From NCBI RefSeq assembly GCF_009914755.1, contig NC_060931.1: a stretch of 64,000 nt of DNA. One strand, written 5' to 3'. Source of the stretch: the human T2T-CHM13v2.0 reference genome, Homo sapiens. The translations under genes and the position numbers were made by a program. This document shows, one piece after another, positions 14,802 through 31,036 of this stretch; within the stretch, counting starts at the first letter, position 1; each line of letters starts with the position of its first letter. Below the pieces are notes generated by a model. That model saw only the letters and a program-made list of their open reading frames with translations, had not been told where the DNA came from and searched no databases.

Positions 14802-15130
14802 ATGTCTGGGTCAGAAACCTTGGTCTAGGCCCACTGAATGGTTTGGAGGGCTCTTTCCCCTTCAGGAAGCACTAAGGTATTGGCCAGGAGCCAAGAAGTC
14901 CTGAAGCACCTCTGTAAACCAGGAAAAAACAATTGGGATGAGTATCCCCTGGACGTGTGGATGCCCATCCTGAGGGAGGCTTTCATTTTCTCATCTCCCA
15001 CTAGTGAGGCCATGCCTTATTGGGATGAGAGGATGCAGTTTCATTTCAAGAAATCACTCTTGGCTCTGTCTTGGTGCTGGAGAGGAAAGACAGGCAGGGT
15101 GCCCTGTGCAGAGAAGCGATGGTGGGGCTC

Positions 15131-16510
15131 TGCTGTGGGTTGAATGGTGTCCTCTCAAATTCACGTTCATCAATGTGGGGAAAAGAAAGAGAGATCAGAT
15201 TGTTACTGTGTCTGTGTAGAAAGTAGAAATACGAGACTCCATTTTGTTCTGTACTAAGAAAAATTCTTCTGCCTTGAGATGCTGTTAATCTGTAACCCTA
15301 CCCCCAACCCTGTGCTCCCTGAGACATGTGCTGTGTCAACTCAGGGTTAAATGGATTAAGGGCTCCGCAGGGTGTGCTTTGTTAAACAAATGCTTGAAGG
15401 CAGCATGCTCGTTAAGAGTCATCACCACTCCCTAATCTCAAGTACCCAGAGACACAAAACACTGCTGAAGCCCACAGGGACCTCTGCCTGGGAAAGCCAG
15501 GTATTGTCCAAGGTTTCTCCCCATGTGATAGCCTGAGATATGGCCTCCTGGGAAGGGAAAGACCTGACCACCCCCCCAGCCCAACACCTGTAAAGCGTCT
15601 GTGCTGAGGAGGATTAGTGAAAGAGGAAGGCCTCTTTGCAGGTGAGCTAAGAGGAAGTCATCTGTCTCCTGCTTGTCCCTGGGCAATGGAACGTCTTGGT
15701 GTCAAGCCCGATTGTATATTCCTACTACTGAGATAAGGGAAAACCACCTTAGGGCTGGAGGTGGGACATGCTGGCAGCAATACTGCTCTTTAATGGATTA
15801 AGATGTTTATGTGTATGCACATCAAAAGCACAGCACTTAATTCTTTATCTGGTTTAAGATGTAGAGAGCTTTGTTCACGTGTTTTCCTACTGACCTTCTC
15901 TCCGCTCTTACCCTATTGTCCTGCCAAATCCCCCTCTCTGGAAACGCCTGAAAATTATCAATAAATACTAAGGGAACTCAGAGGCTGCTGCCGGCATGGG
16001 TCCTCCGTATTCTGAACGCCCGTCCCCTGGGCACTATTTTCTTTCTCTATACTTTGTCTCTGTGTCTCTTTCTTTTCCAGGTCTCTCATTCCACCTAATG
16101 AGAAACGCCCACAGGTGTGGAGGGGCAACCCACCCCTTCAATCAGGAACCTCAGAATGTGACATTTGGAAATTGGGTGGTTGCAGGTGTAACGAATTAAC
16201 CTGGTGACATACTGGAGTAAGGTGGGCCCTTCACACCATGTGACTGGTATCCTTAAAAGAAGAAGAGACTCAGAGGGAAGACAGCCATGTGCAGCTGGAA
16301 TGATGCATCTGAAGCCAAGGAATGCCACGCATTGCCAGCCACCACCCAAAACTGGAAAAAGTCAGGAAGGATTCTTCCCTAGAACCTTCAAAGGCAGCAC
16401 AGCCCTGCCAACATCTGCATTCAGACTCTGGCCTCCAGAACTGTGAGAGGATGAATTTGTTGTTTTCAGCCACCCAAGCTTAGGAAATGGGTTGCAGCAG
16501 ACTGGGAATA
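15131..16510 (+). mobile_element. MLT1-type LTR split by the LTR5 insertion
   Basis: TGTGGGTTGAATGGTGTCC start, resuming at 16141 with GAACCTCAGAATGTGAC...GGCCTCCAGAACTGTGAG. Confidence 0.75.
15174..16140 (+). mobile_element. HERV-K(HML-2) solo LTR (LTR5A/B-like)
   Basis: TGTGGGGAAAAGAAAGAGAGATCAGATTG...CCCACCCCTTCA, 967 bp; flanks ATCAA/ATCAG. Confidence 0.92.
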
Positions 16511-16967
16511 AGACAGGCAGCCAGTCAGACTCCGTGGAATTCCCAGGCAGCTTGCAGAAGCCACAGTGGGCCCTGGGCTCTGAGAAGTCTGAGGCCTAGC
16601 AGGCACGTGGCCTAAACTATTTCTCGGCAAGGAGGAAGGAAGGCTCATCCAGAACGTAGATCCCCTTCCTCCTTCTCACACCTCACGAGGTCACAGCGAG
16701 GTGGCTGGGAGGAGAGCCAGGGGCTTTTCACTGAGGTGTGTGGGAGACAGCTTGGCCGCCCTTGGCCTCTGAAGGGAGGAGGTGGTGTGAAGGAGGGCAG
16801 CTTCAGAACTTCCCAGTTCCTGCTTGACCACCTGTGTGTAAAGTATTCCTGTTTAGGTTTCAAAATCCTCTCAGAAACATAATTCTCAGAAAATCCAGGC
16901 ACCCAATCCAGCTCCCTGGCCTTCCCTGAAATCTGAAGTCAAAGGGGCTGAGCCAGCCTGCCCTGGG

Positions 16968-17379
16968 TGTCAGGCCTCTGAGCCCAAGCTAAGCCATCAT
17001 AGCCCCTGTGACCTGCATGTACACATCCAGATGGCCGGTTCCTGCCTTAACTGATGACATTCCACCACAAAAGAAGTGAAAATGGCCTGTTCCTGCCTTA
17101 ACTGATGACGTTGTCTTATGAAATTCCTTCTCCTGGCTCATCCTGGCTCAAAACCTCCCCCACTGAGTACCTTGTGACACCGACTCTGCCTGCCAGAGAA
17201 CAACCTCCCTTTGACTGTAATTTTCCTTTGCCTACCCAAATCCTATAAAACGGCCCCACCCCTATCTCCCTTTGCTGACTCTCTTTCAGACTCAGCCCAC
17301 CTGCACCCAGGTGAAATAAACAGCCATGTTGCTCACACAAAGCCTCTTTGGTGGTCTCTTCACATGGACGCACATGAAA
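16968..17379 (+). promoter_or_regulatory. 5' LTR7 of HERV-H
   Basis: TGTCAGGCCTCTGAGCCCAAGC start, TATAAAA, AATAAA, ends CATGAAA. Confidence 0.9.
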
Positions 17380-17381
17380 TT

Positions 17382-17399
17382 TGGTGCCGTGACTCAGAT
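17382..17399 (+). other. tRNA-His primer binding site
   Basis: TGGTGCCGTGACTCAGAT, one mismatch to the complement of the tRNA-His 3' end. Confidence 0.9.
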
Positions 17400-19133
17400 C
17401 GGGGGACCTGCCTTGGGAGATCAATCCCATGTCCTCCTGTTCTTTGCTCCATGAAAAAGATCCACATACAACCTCAGGTCCTCAGACCCACCAGCCCAAG
17501 GAACATCTCACCAATTTTAAATCGAGTAAGCGGCCTCTTCTTACTCTCTTCTCCAACCTCTCTCTGTCCATCAACCACTTTCTCCTTTCCAGTCTTCAAT
17601 CTCTCCCTTCTCTTAATTTCAATTCCTTTCATTTTCTAGTAGAGAAAAAGGAGACACGTTTTATCCATGGACCCAAAACTCTGGCACCGGTCATGGACTG
17701 AGAAGGCACATTTCCCTTGGTGTTTAATCATTGCAGGGATGCCTGATTATTCAACCACGTTTCAAAGGTGTCAGACCACCCAGGGACGCCTGCCTTGGTC
17801 CTTCACCCTTAGCGGCAAGTCCCGCTTTTCTGGGGGAGGCACAAGTACCCCAACCCCTTCTCTCCGTGTCTCTACCCCTTCTCTGCTTTTCTGGGGGAGG
17901 GGCAAGTACCGCTCAACCCCTTCTCCTTCACCCTTAGTGGCAAGTCCCACTTTTCTGGGGGAGGTACAAGTACCCCAACCTCGTACCTCTGCACCCCAAT
18001 CCCTTATTTCCGCACCCCGACCCCTTTTCTCTGTGCCCCAATCCCTTATTTCCACACCCTGACCTCTTATATCTCTGCACCCCAATCCCTTATTTCCATG
18101 CCTGGACCTCATATCTCTGCGCCCCCACCCCTTTCCCACTTTTCTGGAGAGTAAGAACCCCCGAACCCCTTCCCTCCGTGTCTCTACTCTCTCTTTTCTC
18201 TGGGCTTGCTTCCTTCACTATGGGCAACTTTCCACCCTCCATTCCTCCTTCTTCTCCCTTAGCCTGTATTTTTAAGAACTTAAAACCTCTTCAACTCTCA
18301 CCTGACCTAAAATCTAAGCATCTTATTTCTTCTGCAATGCTGCTTGACCCCAATACAAACTCAACAGTAGTTCCAAATAGCCAGAAAACGGCACTTTCAA
18401 TTTTTCCATCCTGTAACATCTAAATAATTCTTGCCGTAAAATAGGCAAACGGTCTGAGGTGCCTGACTTCCAGGCATTCTTTCACACATCAGTCCCTTCC
18501 TAGTCTGTGCCCAAAGCAACTCATCCCAAATCTTCCTCCTTTCCCTCCCACCTGTCCCCTCCGTCCCAAACCCAAGCATTGCTGAGTCTTTCTAATCTTC
18601 CTTTTCTACAGACCCATCTGACCTCTCCCCTCCTCCCCAGGCTGCTCCTCGCCAGGATGAGCTAGGTCCCAATTCTTCCTCAGCCTCTACTCCTCCACCC
18701 TATAATCCTTTTATCACCTCCCCTCCTCACACCGGGTCCCGCTTACAGTTTCATTCCATGACTAGCCCTCCCCAACCTGCCCAGCAATTTACTCTTAAAC
18801 AGGTGCCTGGAGTTAAAGACATAGTCAAGGTTAATGCTCCTTTTTCTTTATCCCAAATCAGATAGCATTTAGCCTCTTTTTCATCAAATATAAAAATCCA
18901 GCCCAGTTCCCGGCTTGTTCGGCAGCAACCCTGAGACGCTTTGCGGCCCTAGACCCTAAAAAGTCAAAAGGCCGTCTAATTCTCAATATACATTTTATTT
19001 CCCAATCTGCCCCCGACATTAAATAAAACTCCAAAAATTAAATTCTGGCCCTCAAACCCCACAGCAGGATTTAATTAACCTCACCTTCAAGGTGTACAAT
19101 AATAGAAAAAAGTTGTAATTCCTTACCTCCACT

Positions 19134-20990
19134 GTGAGACAAATCCCAGCCACATCTCCAGCACACAAGAACTTCCAAATGCCTGAACCGCAGTGGCCAG
19201 GCGTTCCTCCGCAACATCCTCCCCCAAGAGCTTGCTACAAGTGTCAGAAATCTGGCCACCAGGACAAGGAATGCCCGCAGCCCGGGATTCCTCCTAAGCC
19301 ACGTCCCATCTGTGCGGGACCCCACTGGAAATCGGACTGTTCAACTCACTGGCAGCTGCTCCCAGAGCCCTTGGAACTCTGGCCCAAGCTTCTCTGACTG
19401 ACCCCTTCTCAGCTTAGCGGCTGAAGACTGACGCTGCCTGAGTGCCTCGGAAGCCCCGTAGACCATCATGGATGCCGAGCTTTAGGTAACTCTCACAGTG
19501 GAGGATAAGTCCGTCCCCTTCTTAATCAATACGGAGGCTACCCACTCCACACTACCTTCTTTTCAAGGGCCTGTTTCCCTTGCCTCCATAACTGTTGTGG
19601 GTATTGACAGCCAGGCTTCTAAACCTCTTAAAACTCCCCAACTCTGGTGCCAACTTAGACAACACTCTTTTAAGCACTCCTTTTTAGTTATCCCCACCTG
19701 CCCAGTTCCCTTATTTGGCCGAGACACTTTAACTAAATTATCTGCTTCCCTGACTATTCCTGGGTACAGCCACACCTCATTGCCACATTTTACCCCAGTT
19801 CAAAGCCTCCTTCACATCCTCCTCTTGTATTACCCCATCTTAACCCACAAGTATATGATACCTCCACTCCCTCCTTGGTGACCAATCATGCACCTCTTAC
19901 CATCTCGTTAAAACCTAATCACCCTTACCCCACTCAACGCCAATATCCCATCCCGCAGCATGCTTTAAAACATTTAAAGCCTGTTATCACTCTCCTGCTA
20001 CAGCATGGCCTTTTAAAGCCTATAAACTCTCCTTACAATTCCCCCATTTTACCTGTCCTAAAACCAGACAAGCCTTACAAGTTAGTTCAGGATCTGCGCC
20101 TTATCAACCAAATTGTTTTCCCTATCCACCCTGTGGTGCCAAACCCATATACTCTCCTATCCTCAATACCTCCCTCCACAACCCATTATTCTGTTCTGGG
20201 TCTCAAACATGCTTTCTTTACTATTCCTTTGCACCCGTCATCCCAGCCTCTCTTTGCTTTCACTTGGACTGACCCTGACACCCATCAGGCTCAGCAAATT
20301 ACCTGGGCTGTACTGCCACAAGGCTTCACAAACAGACCCCATTACTTCAGTCAAGCCCAAATTTCATCCTCATCTGTTACCTATCCTAGCATAATTCTCA
20401 TAAAAACACACGTGTTCTCCCTGCTGATTGTGTCTGATTAATCTCCCTAACCTCAATCCCTTACAAAACAACAACTCCTTTCCTTCCTAGGCATGGTTAG
20501 TGCAGTCAGAATTCTTACACAAGAGCCAGGACCGCACCCTGTAGCCTTTCTGTCCAAACAACTTGACCTTACTGTTTTAGGCTGGCCATCATGTCTCTGT
20601 GCAGTGGCTGCTGCCGCCCTAATACTTTTAGAGGCCCTAAAAATCACAAACTGTGCTCAACTCACTCTCTACAGTTCTCATAACTTCCAAAATCTATTTT
20701 CTTCCTCATACCTGATGCATATACTTTCTGGCGCCCCGGCTCCTTCAGCTGTACTCACTCTTTGTTAAGTCCCACAATTACCATTGTTCCTGGCCCGGAC
20801 TTCAGTCCAGCCTCCCACATTATTCCTGATACCATACATGACCCCCATGACTGCATCTCTCTGATCCACCTGATGTTCACCCCATTTCCCCACATTTCCT
20901 TCTTTCCTGTTCCTCATCCTGATCATGCTTGATTTATTGATGGCAGTTCCACCAGGCCTAATCACCACACACCAGCAAATGCAGGCTATG
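19134..20990 (+). pseudogene. Decayed HERV-H gag(NC)-pro-pol remnants
   Basis: ORF fragments: CCHC knuckle, FLINTEATHSTL (protease DTG lost), SPYNSPILPV, QDLRLINQ, LPQGF; YxDD region absent; several frameshifts. Confidence 0.88.
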
Positions 20991-21759
20991 TTAAACACAC
21001 CTCACCAAGCTCAGCCGACTTAAAAAGGACTGGACAATACTTTTACCACTTTCCCTTCTCAGAAGTCAGACCTGTCCTCAGAATGCTACAAAATACAGCC
21101 CATTTGAGCTCCTGTACAGACGCTCCTTTTTATTAGGCCTCAGTCTCATTCCAGACACCAGACCAAGTTAGACTATGCCCCAAAAAAACTTGTCATCCCT
21201 ACTGTCTTCTGTCTAGTCATACTCCTATTCACCATTCTCAACTACTCATACATGCCCTGCTCTTGTTTACACTGCCGGTTTACACTGTTTCTCCAAGCCA
21301 TCACAGCTGATATCTCCTGGTGCTATCCCCAAGCCTCCACTCTTAACTCTTGAGGTAAATAAATAATCTTTGCTGACAAGGCTATGCTGAACCTCCTTAG
21401 GCACTCTCTAATTAGATGTCCTAGGTCCTCCCAATTCTTAGACCTTTAATACCTGTTTTTCTCCTTCTCTTATTCCATTTAGTTTTTCAGTTCACACAGA
21501 ACTGTATCCAGGCCATCAACAATAATTCTACACGACAAATGTTTCTTCTAACAACCCCACGATATCACCCCTTACCACAAAATCTTCCTTCAGCTTAATC
21601 TCTCCCACTCTAGGTTCCCACGCTGCCCCTAATCCCGCTCAAAGCAGCCCTGAGAAACATTGTCCATTATCTCTCCATACCGTCCCCCAAAATTTTCGCT
21701 GTCCCAACACTTTACCACTATTTCATTTTATTTTTCTCAGTAATATAAGAAGACAGGAA

Positions 21760-22171
21760 CGTCAGGCCTCTGAGCCCAAGCTAAGCCATCATAGCCCCTG
21801 TGACCTGCATGTACACATCCAGATGGCCGGTTCCTGCCTTAACTGATGACATTCCACCACAAAAGAAGTGGAAATGGCCTGTTCCTGCCTTAACTGATGA
21901 CATTATCTTGTGAAATTCCTTCTCCTGGCTCATCCTGGCTCAAAACCTCCCCCACTGAGTACCTTGTGGCCCCCACTCTGCCCGCCAGAGAACAACCCCC
22001 CTTTGACTGTAATTTTCCTTTACCTACCCAAATCCTATAAAATGGCCCCACCCCATCTCCCTTCAATGACTCTCTTTTCAGACTCAGCCCGCCTGCACCC
22101 AGGTGAAATAAACAGCCATGTTGCTCACACAAAACCTGTTTGGTGGTCTCTTCACATGGATGCGCATGAAA
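21760..22171 (+). mobile_element. 3' LTR7 of HERV-H
   Basis: Preceded by PPT AAGAAGACAGGAA; about 95% identical to the 5' LTR by manual comparison. Confidence 0.92.
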
Positions 22172-23314
22172 CTGGGGTCCTCACGCCCACCAGCCCAGAG
22201 TACTCTCTAGAGGAAGGCTACAGATACTTCCTGGCTCGCTCATCCAAACGTTAGCTGTCTTGCTGAAACTCCTTTTGTCACCCTTGAAAACCACTGGAAG
22301 AATGGCCAAGAACCCAGCTATCCTGAGTAAGTTCACTTAAAGAAGCAAAATCTGACATGAGTGGCAAAACGGACATTGGCACCAAGAGTGTGGGTCAGAG
22401 TCCTGCCCCTTGGAACTACATCATCGCTTGTACAGTGTACCCCCCAGGCACCAAGAGACCAGGCGGAGACCCTTCAGTGGCCCTGGGCCTCTGGTCACTG
22501 TCTTCCTGCCTGGCACAGAGGCAGGCCCTCATAAATCAATGAGTACTGAAAGTTCCAGCCTTCTTGGTGGGTTCTCTGCACCCCGTCGTGAGCCACACCC
22601 TGCCCCAGGGAAATCAGGGTCAACTTGATGCTACCCCTAGGCCAGTGCCCCTTCTGCAGTGCCCCAGGCTGGCACCCCATACTTAGATCTCTTCAGCCTC
22701 TTCATGAAAACCTTCTTGTCCATCACCCCAGCATTCCCCAGACTGTGCTAAATGAGCAGCTGACCACACGTCAAATCAATTTTCAGAGTTTGCCTTTGGT
22801 TTAATATTCATGGCTTATCCAAAAGATCTTGTCACCATAGCTAGATGAAAAAAATGACAAGGCTCTGGAGAAGCAGAGCCACAAGATGGAAGATACCTGG
22901 GTCCTAGGTTCATGAGGAGAGGAGCTTCTTGCTCCACAGACTGTCACATGAGTGGGAATGAAACTTTTGCTGCGTTTAGACGATTACCTTTCTTCACTCT
23001 GTCACATAGTCTATCCCCGCTAAACAGAACTTGACCTCCACCAGACCGTTTACATCAAGACCTATATGTGTAGTGCAGCGGCCTGAGCCTCCAATCCATG
23101 CCCCACCTATCCAACCAGCCTTGCCATATTCTAACTCTGAGAGTGGTATTCTGGGGGCAGACGCTCAGAGCATAGAATTGACTAATGCCAGATACTTCAG
23201 GCGCTTTGCACTTTGAAGTCTCTCTGTCCTAGCACATTCCAAGTACAAAGAAGACACTTCAGCAGTACAACCTGGCCTACACTCAGTTCAATTACTTCTT
23301 CAAAAACCTAGGCC

Positions 23315-24017
<703 letters not shown>

Positions 24018-24075
24018 TGCCCACCTCGGCCTCTCAAAGTGCTGGGATTACAGGTGTGAGCCACAGCGCCTGGCC
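24018..24075 (-). mobile_element. Alu 5' head fragment
   Basis: Only the first ~57 nt of an Alu, fused to L1MC. Confidence 0.8.
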
Positions 24076-24567
24076 TCTGCTTCATTTCTCTAACACATTA
24101 AGTCTATTTAAAAGGAAAAAAAAATTCCCTATCCCCAGGATAGCATTACCTTTGGGAGGAGAGGAGCTAGCGTTAGGGAGGGGAGAATGAGGTGCTCAGG
24201 CAAGCTGGCCATGCCCAGTTCCTTGATCTGCATGACGTGCATGTGCTTTACTGTGTGAAAGCTCACCCGGTTATCCACTTGGGATATGTAAACAAAAATG
24301 TTTAAGGAAACTTCGAGGATGGGCTGCTGGGTGACAGCAGGACAGGCTCATGAGGACCAGCCATCACCCAAATGCTCTGGTCCTCCAGGCTGCCTGCCCA
24401 TGCCTCAAGCTGTTTGGTCTACAGTGCCAAAAGGTCAGGAAGAAGGACAGTTAGGACAACCTCATAGTTTCAGCAACATGGAGGCCATCAAGAACCATTT
24501 TGAAACCATATGGAATGGGGGGTGGGGACAGAAGCTTGTTTGGAAAAGGTAGAAAAGTGAGTGGAGG

Positions 24568-24872
<305 letters not shown>

Positions 24873-24907
24873 GTGAGTGGAGGTTCAGAAAGTCAAAGAT
24901 GGTCCAT

Positions 24908-25100
24908 GTGGTAGGCAGAATAATGGCCCACAAAGATGTCCACAGGCCTTAATCCCCAGGACCAGTGATTATGTTACCAGACATTGATGGAAAAAGGGAC
25001 TTGGCAGATGTGATTAAGTTCAGGATTTTGAGTGGGGGAGATTATCCTGGATTATCTGGAAGGGGTTTATATAATCACAAGAGTCCTTAAAATGAGGAAG
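24908..25100 (+). mobile_element. MLT1D-like LTR 5' part
   Basis: TGTGGTAGGCAGAATAATGGCCC...GCAGATGTGATTAAGTT. Confidence 0.7.
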
Positions 25101-25102
25101 GT

Positions 25103-25412
25103 GGCTGAGTGCAGTGGCTCACACCTGTAATCCCAGCACTTTGGGAGACCGAGGTGGGTGTATCACCTGAGATCAGGAGTTTAAGGCCAGCCTGGCCAAC
25201 ATGGTGAAACTCTGTCTCTACTAAAAATACAAAAAATTAGCCGGGCATGGTGGCTGATGCCTGTAATCCCAGCTACTCAGGAAGCTGAGGCAGGAGAATA
25301 GCTTGAACCTGTGAGACGGAGGTTGCAGTGAGCCAAGATTGCACCATTGCACTCCAGCCTGGGCAACAAGAGCAAGACTCTATCTCAGAAAAAGAAAGAA
25401 AGAAAGAAAGAG

Positions 25413-25446
<34 letters not shown>

Positions 25447-25470
25447 GAAGGAAGGAAGGAAAAGAAAATA
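25103..25470 (+). mobile_element. AluS with (GAAA)n tail
   Basis: Dimeric Alu plus microsatellite tail. Confidence 0.9.
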
Positions 25471-26213
25471 AGACAGAAATGGTTTATACTGGATCAATCT
25501 ACCTGGGAGGAGATATTCCCAAGCAAGCAGCGTCTTTTCTCCTATGACTGACTCTGGAACAGTGAGGAGCTGCTGGATTCTATCAACAGTTCGAGAGTGC
25601 CCTATATAACCAGCTCTCATCTCACTCACCCCCAGCTGTTTGGTCTATGGATGACAATTTCGAGGTGAACAAACAACATCCTGTTTGGAGGGCTGCTACT
25701 CTGGCTAAAGACGGTAAAAATCAGTCAGCTCAGTGAGCTGAATTGCATGCTGTTTTCCTAGCCACTGATTTATACTAGAATGATGCCAGTAACTGATTTT
25801 CAAAGAATCATGGTATGTGTCCCAAAGTGTTCCACAGGAGTGTGATATTGTGAAATATATATTTGATCAGTTGAACAGTGGTAGAAGTCCCCTGTTTGGG
25901 TTTTTACTGACTCCTGGGCAGTGACCAGTGTCTTGGCTGTACACTCAGGCAAGAGGGCAATCGCCACCTGGCTTATTAACGGATGTCCATATGGGGCACA
26001 GCCCTGTGGAGAGGTGAAAGATGCCTTGAAGTAGAACAGGTTCACGTCCATCAGAAAAACTCCCTTCCAGGCTCAGGAGGTGGCTGGAGTCACCAAGTGG
26101 ATTTTTTTTGTGTGCTCCTGTGAGGTGGTCACCTGGGCCCATGAAATGAGTGAGCAAGGCCGTTCTGCAGCAGTACAGAGATGGGCTGAATCTAGCCATG
26201 CCCCTTGGGCTCA

Positions 26214-27063
<850 letters not shown>

Positions 27064-27453
27064 CAGAAAAGGAGATACTGCATGAATCTTGATAGCCAAC
27101 GTCATTGCTTCAGAAAAAGGAGCACTCTGTACAGCCCATAATGTCCAACAATAGGCAGAGAGGCATCCTCTTCAGAGTCATAATGTGGCACAGAAATGGA
27201 ACAGGCAAATCAAACGCTGGTTGTCTAAAACGGGGGAGGTGAAAGCAGAAGGGCTGGTGATAGAGTGTGGATCTGTATCTCCACCAAATTGTGTGTTGAA
27301 TTGTAATCCCCAGTGTTGGAGCTGGGGCCTGGTGGGAGGCAACTGGATCATGGGGGCAGGTTTCCCATGGATGGTTTAGCACTATTCTCTTTGGTATTGT
27401 ACTCACGATAGTGAGTGAGTCCTCGTGAGATCTGGTCATTTAAAAGTGTGTGG

Positions 27454-27748
<295 letters not shown>

Positions 27749-27941
27749 GTGCGCGGCACCTCCCCCAGTCATTCTCTCTGGCTCCTGCTCCTGCCATGTA
27801 AGAGAACTGCTCCTCCTTCATCTTCTGCCATGATTGGAAGCTTCCTGAGGCCTCACCAGAAGCAGAAGCTGCTATGCTTCCTGTATAGTCTTCAGAACAG
27901 TGAGCCAATTCAACCACTTTCCTTGTAAATTACCCAATCCC

Positions 27942-27976
27942 ATTGCTTCTCAGCCTTTTGGCTAAGATCAAGTATA
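27942..27976 (+). pseudogene. U2 snRNA 3'-truncated (nt 1-35) tailless retropseudogene
   Basis: ATTGCTTCTCAGCCTTTTGGCTAAGATCAAGTATA matches U2 nt 1-35 at 32/35; flanked by TAAATTACCCAATCCC / TAAATTACCCAGTCTC. Confidence 0.9.
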
Positions 27977-28153
27977 AATTACCCAGTCTCAGGTATTTCT
28001 TTATAGCAATGCAAGAATGAACTAATATAGCTGGCTTGCACGCTTTGTGAGTGTGCACTCATACTTAGCATGAGTGGTCTAAAGGAGTGGCCTTCCAGAT
28101 TTTTCTCCATTTTTTTGGTTGATCTGGGGAAGGGGGGGTGGGGAGGATGCTGA

Positions 28154-28463
<310 letters not shown>

Positions 28464-29881
28464 AATGAACAGTTCTTGAATGAATGAGACAGTGAAGAAG
28501 ACTACCAGAAGAATAGCAGATCAAAGGTGAATAAGTGAGTAGTAGCTTCTGATTAATCCCTCATCAGCAACCAACGTAACCCAGGGCTTATAGATTTCTC
28601 TGTGTAACATGTTACACACATGTCTACGGAAAGAGAGAGAGAGAGAAGCACATCAGTCAAGCATTTTTCAAAAGTTACCCTAAATGTGCTGTGTTGGTCT
28701 TGTATTACAATCTTTAGATTACACTACTGTTTTATTTCAAACAGGACTGGTAGAAACTTCTTCATGCCTTTTCAACCAAAGGCCTTCAGTCCTATAAAAA
28801 TGATCACCTTGTTCTTTGACCAAGTACCAACCTTAGAAAGTTAAGCAGCGAACTCCATCTGACTTAGATTAGTTGAAAAGTAACTGGATCAATCCCCCTT
28901 TACCCCAAACATCTAAATGGAACAATTTTCTTTTCTTCGGGATGCAGCATAATCCTCAAACTACAGAGCCACTTGGCGATGAAGCCAGAATTGCAGTGCA
29001 TTTGATAACTTCATGCAACTTTTTACTAGCATTTAAAACTCAGATATGAAATCTGTACTTGATCTTTTCTGCTTGGAATTGGCCAGATTAGTGGTTCTGC
29101 CCCCACATACAACAAAAGGCTCTCAGAAACACTCAGGGTTGCTAACCAGTCAGAAGGACCAACAGAGCTCGACAAACAGACAAGAGGGAGAAGGGCACCA
29201 CCTTCCAACCTACCCGCTTAGACAGCCTTTCAACTCTGCCCACTTTGAGGATGTGTAGGATGATCCAGGTAATCATGATACCTACCTTAACTTCAAGGTA
29301 GAAATTAAGGCTTGAGGGCACTTATTTGGTGCCTTATTCAGTGAATTGGAAGACTATATGGTAATTTCACTGCTCATAATAATTAAACCTTTTTTTTAAC
29401 TTTAGGGATGATAATGACATTTGGAGAGTAGCACTATAAACCTCAGACATCTATTTTGAAGATGACTGGATTTAGGAGCAAGACAGGTTTGCTGTACACT
29501 TGACTGAACATGCTTTGTTCCCCAAAGCAGCAAAAAAGCCAGAGCCTGGAAGTTTCTAAAACTTGAAGCAGATGTAAGTGGCAAATCCAAAAAGCCATGC
29601 CTAGAGAACAGGTCGGGTGACCGGCTGTGTCTATTCCAGCCTCCCTGTTGGCTCGGTGGAGGACTTCGGACAGGTCTGTCAGTATCCCCTTCTTTGGTTT
29701 CACCTTAGAATGAGGGGAAGTCACAGCATTTCTTCGTTTGTATTTCACAGAAACACAGTCAGCAAATGTAAAGAAGTACGGGCGCCTAAATGGTGGTTAT
29801 GCTGCCCTGGTCTCAAGCTTCATATTCATCCTTAATTGATTCCCAGGCACACTCACTAGTGACCTGGCTCTGCTTCACTGA

Positions 29882-30305
<424 letters not shown>

Positions 30306-30746
30306 CTCAATCTTATGCTTACAATTCTTAATCTGTTGCCTCATTTTATAGCCACAGCTCAGGTGACAGCTGAGGGATTACCTTCGTCTGTCTCTGAGCC
30401 TCTAAGATTTCTATTTTCTTCACCACCTTCCAGGAATCCTTTTTTCTAGCTCTTGGTTGCTGGCCATGTCCTGGACAGTTCAGTTTAAAATCTGACCTCC
30501 AGTTCATCGGTGCATCTACCATCAATCCTCATTACCTGCAGATTCTGCAGCTGTAAATTCACGTACTTGATAATGTTTATTTATAGCCCCTAAATCAATC
30601 CCAGCAGGGCTTTCCTGGATGTGCGCCAAGTGCTGAAGAGGTTGAATGGCTGATATGCACGGTCCCAGCAGAGCTCCATCGAGGAGCTCCTTTTGGTTTC
30701 CGCTCTTATACCATAAATGAATGCCCTTTTCTTGGTTGCTTTGGGG

Positions 30747-31036
<290 letters not shown>

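Larger units (their letters stand above)
16968..22171 (+). mobile_element. HERV-H provirus (internally deleted, two LTR7)
   Basis: Paired 412-bp LTRs, TSD CTGGG, tRNA-His PBS, gag zinc knuckle CYKCQKSGHQDKEC, decayed pro and RT (LPQGF), PPT. Confidence 0.96.

Noticed and set aside
17382-17399. tRNA-His gene
   Set aside because: Only the 18-nt retroviral primer binding site
17800-18180. Short repeated motifs (GGCAAGT..., CCCAATCCCTTATTTCC) as a novel array
   Set aside because: Ordinary repeats of the HERV-H leader region
19875-20441. 188-aa reverse transcriptase-like ORF as an active RT system
   Set aside because: HERV-H pol fragment lacking YxDD, with frameshifts and a dead protease motif
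27942-27976. Functional U2 snRNA gene
   Set aside because: Only 35 nt, no Sm site or snRNA promoter, flanked by a TSD
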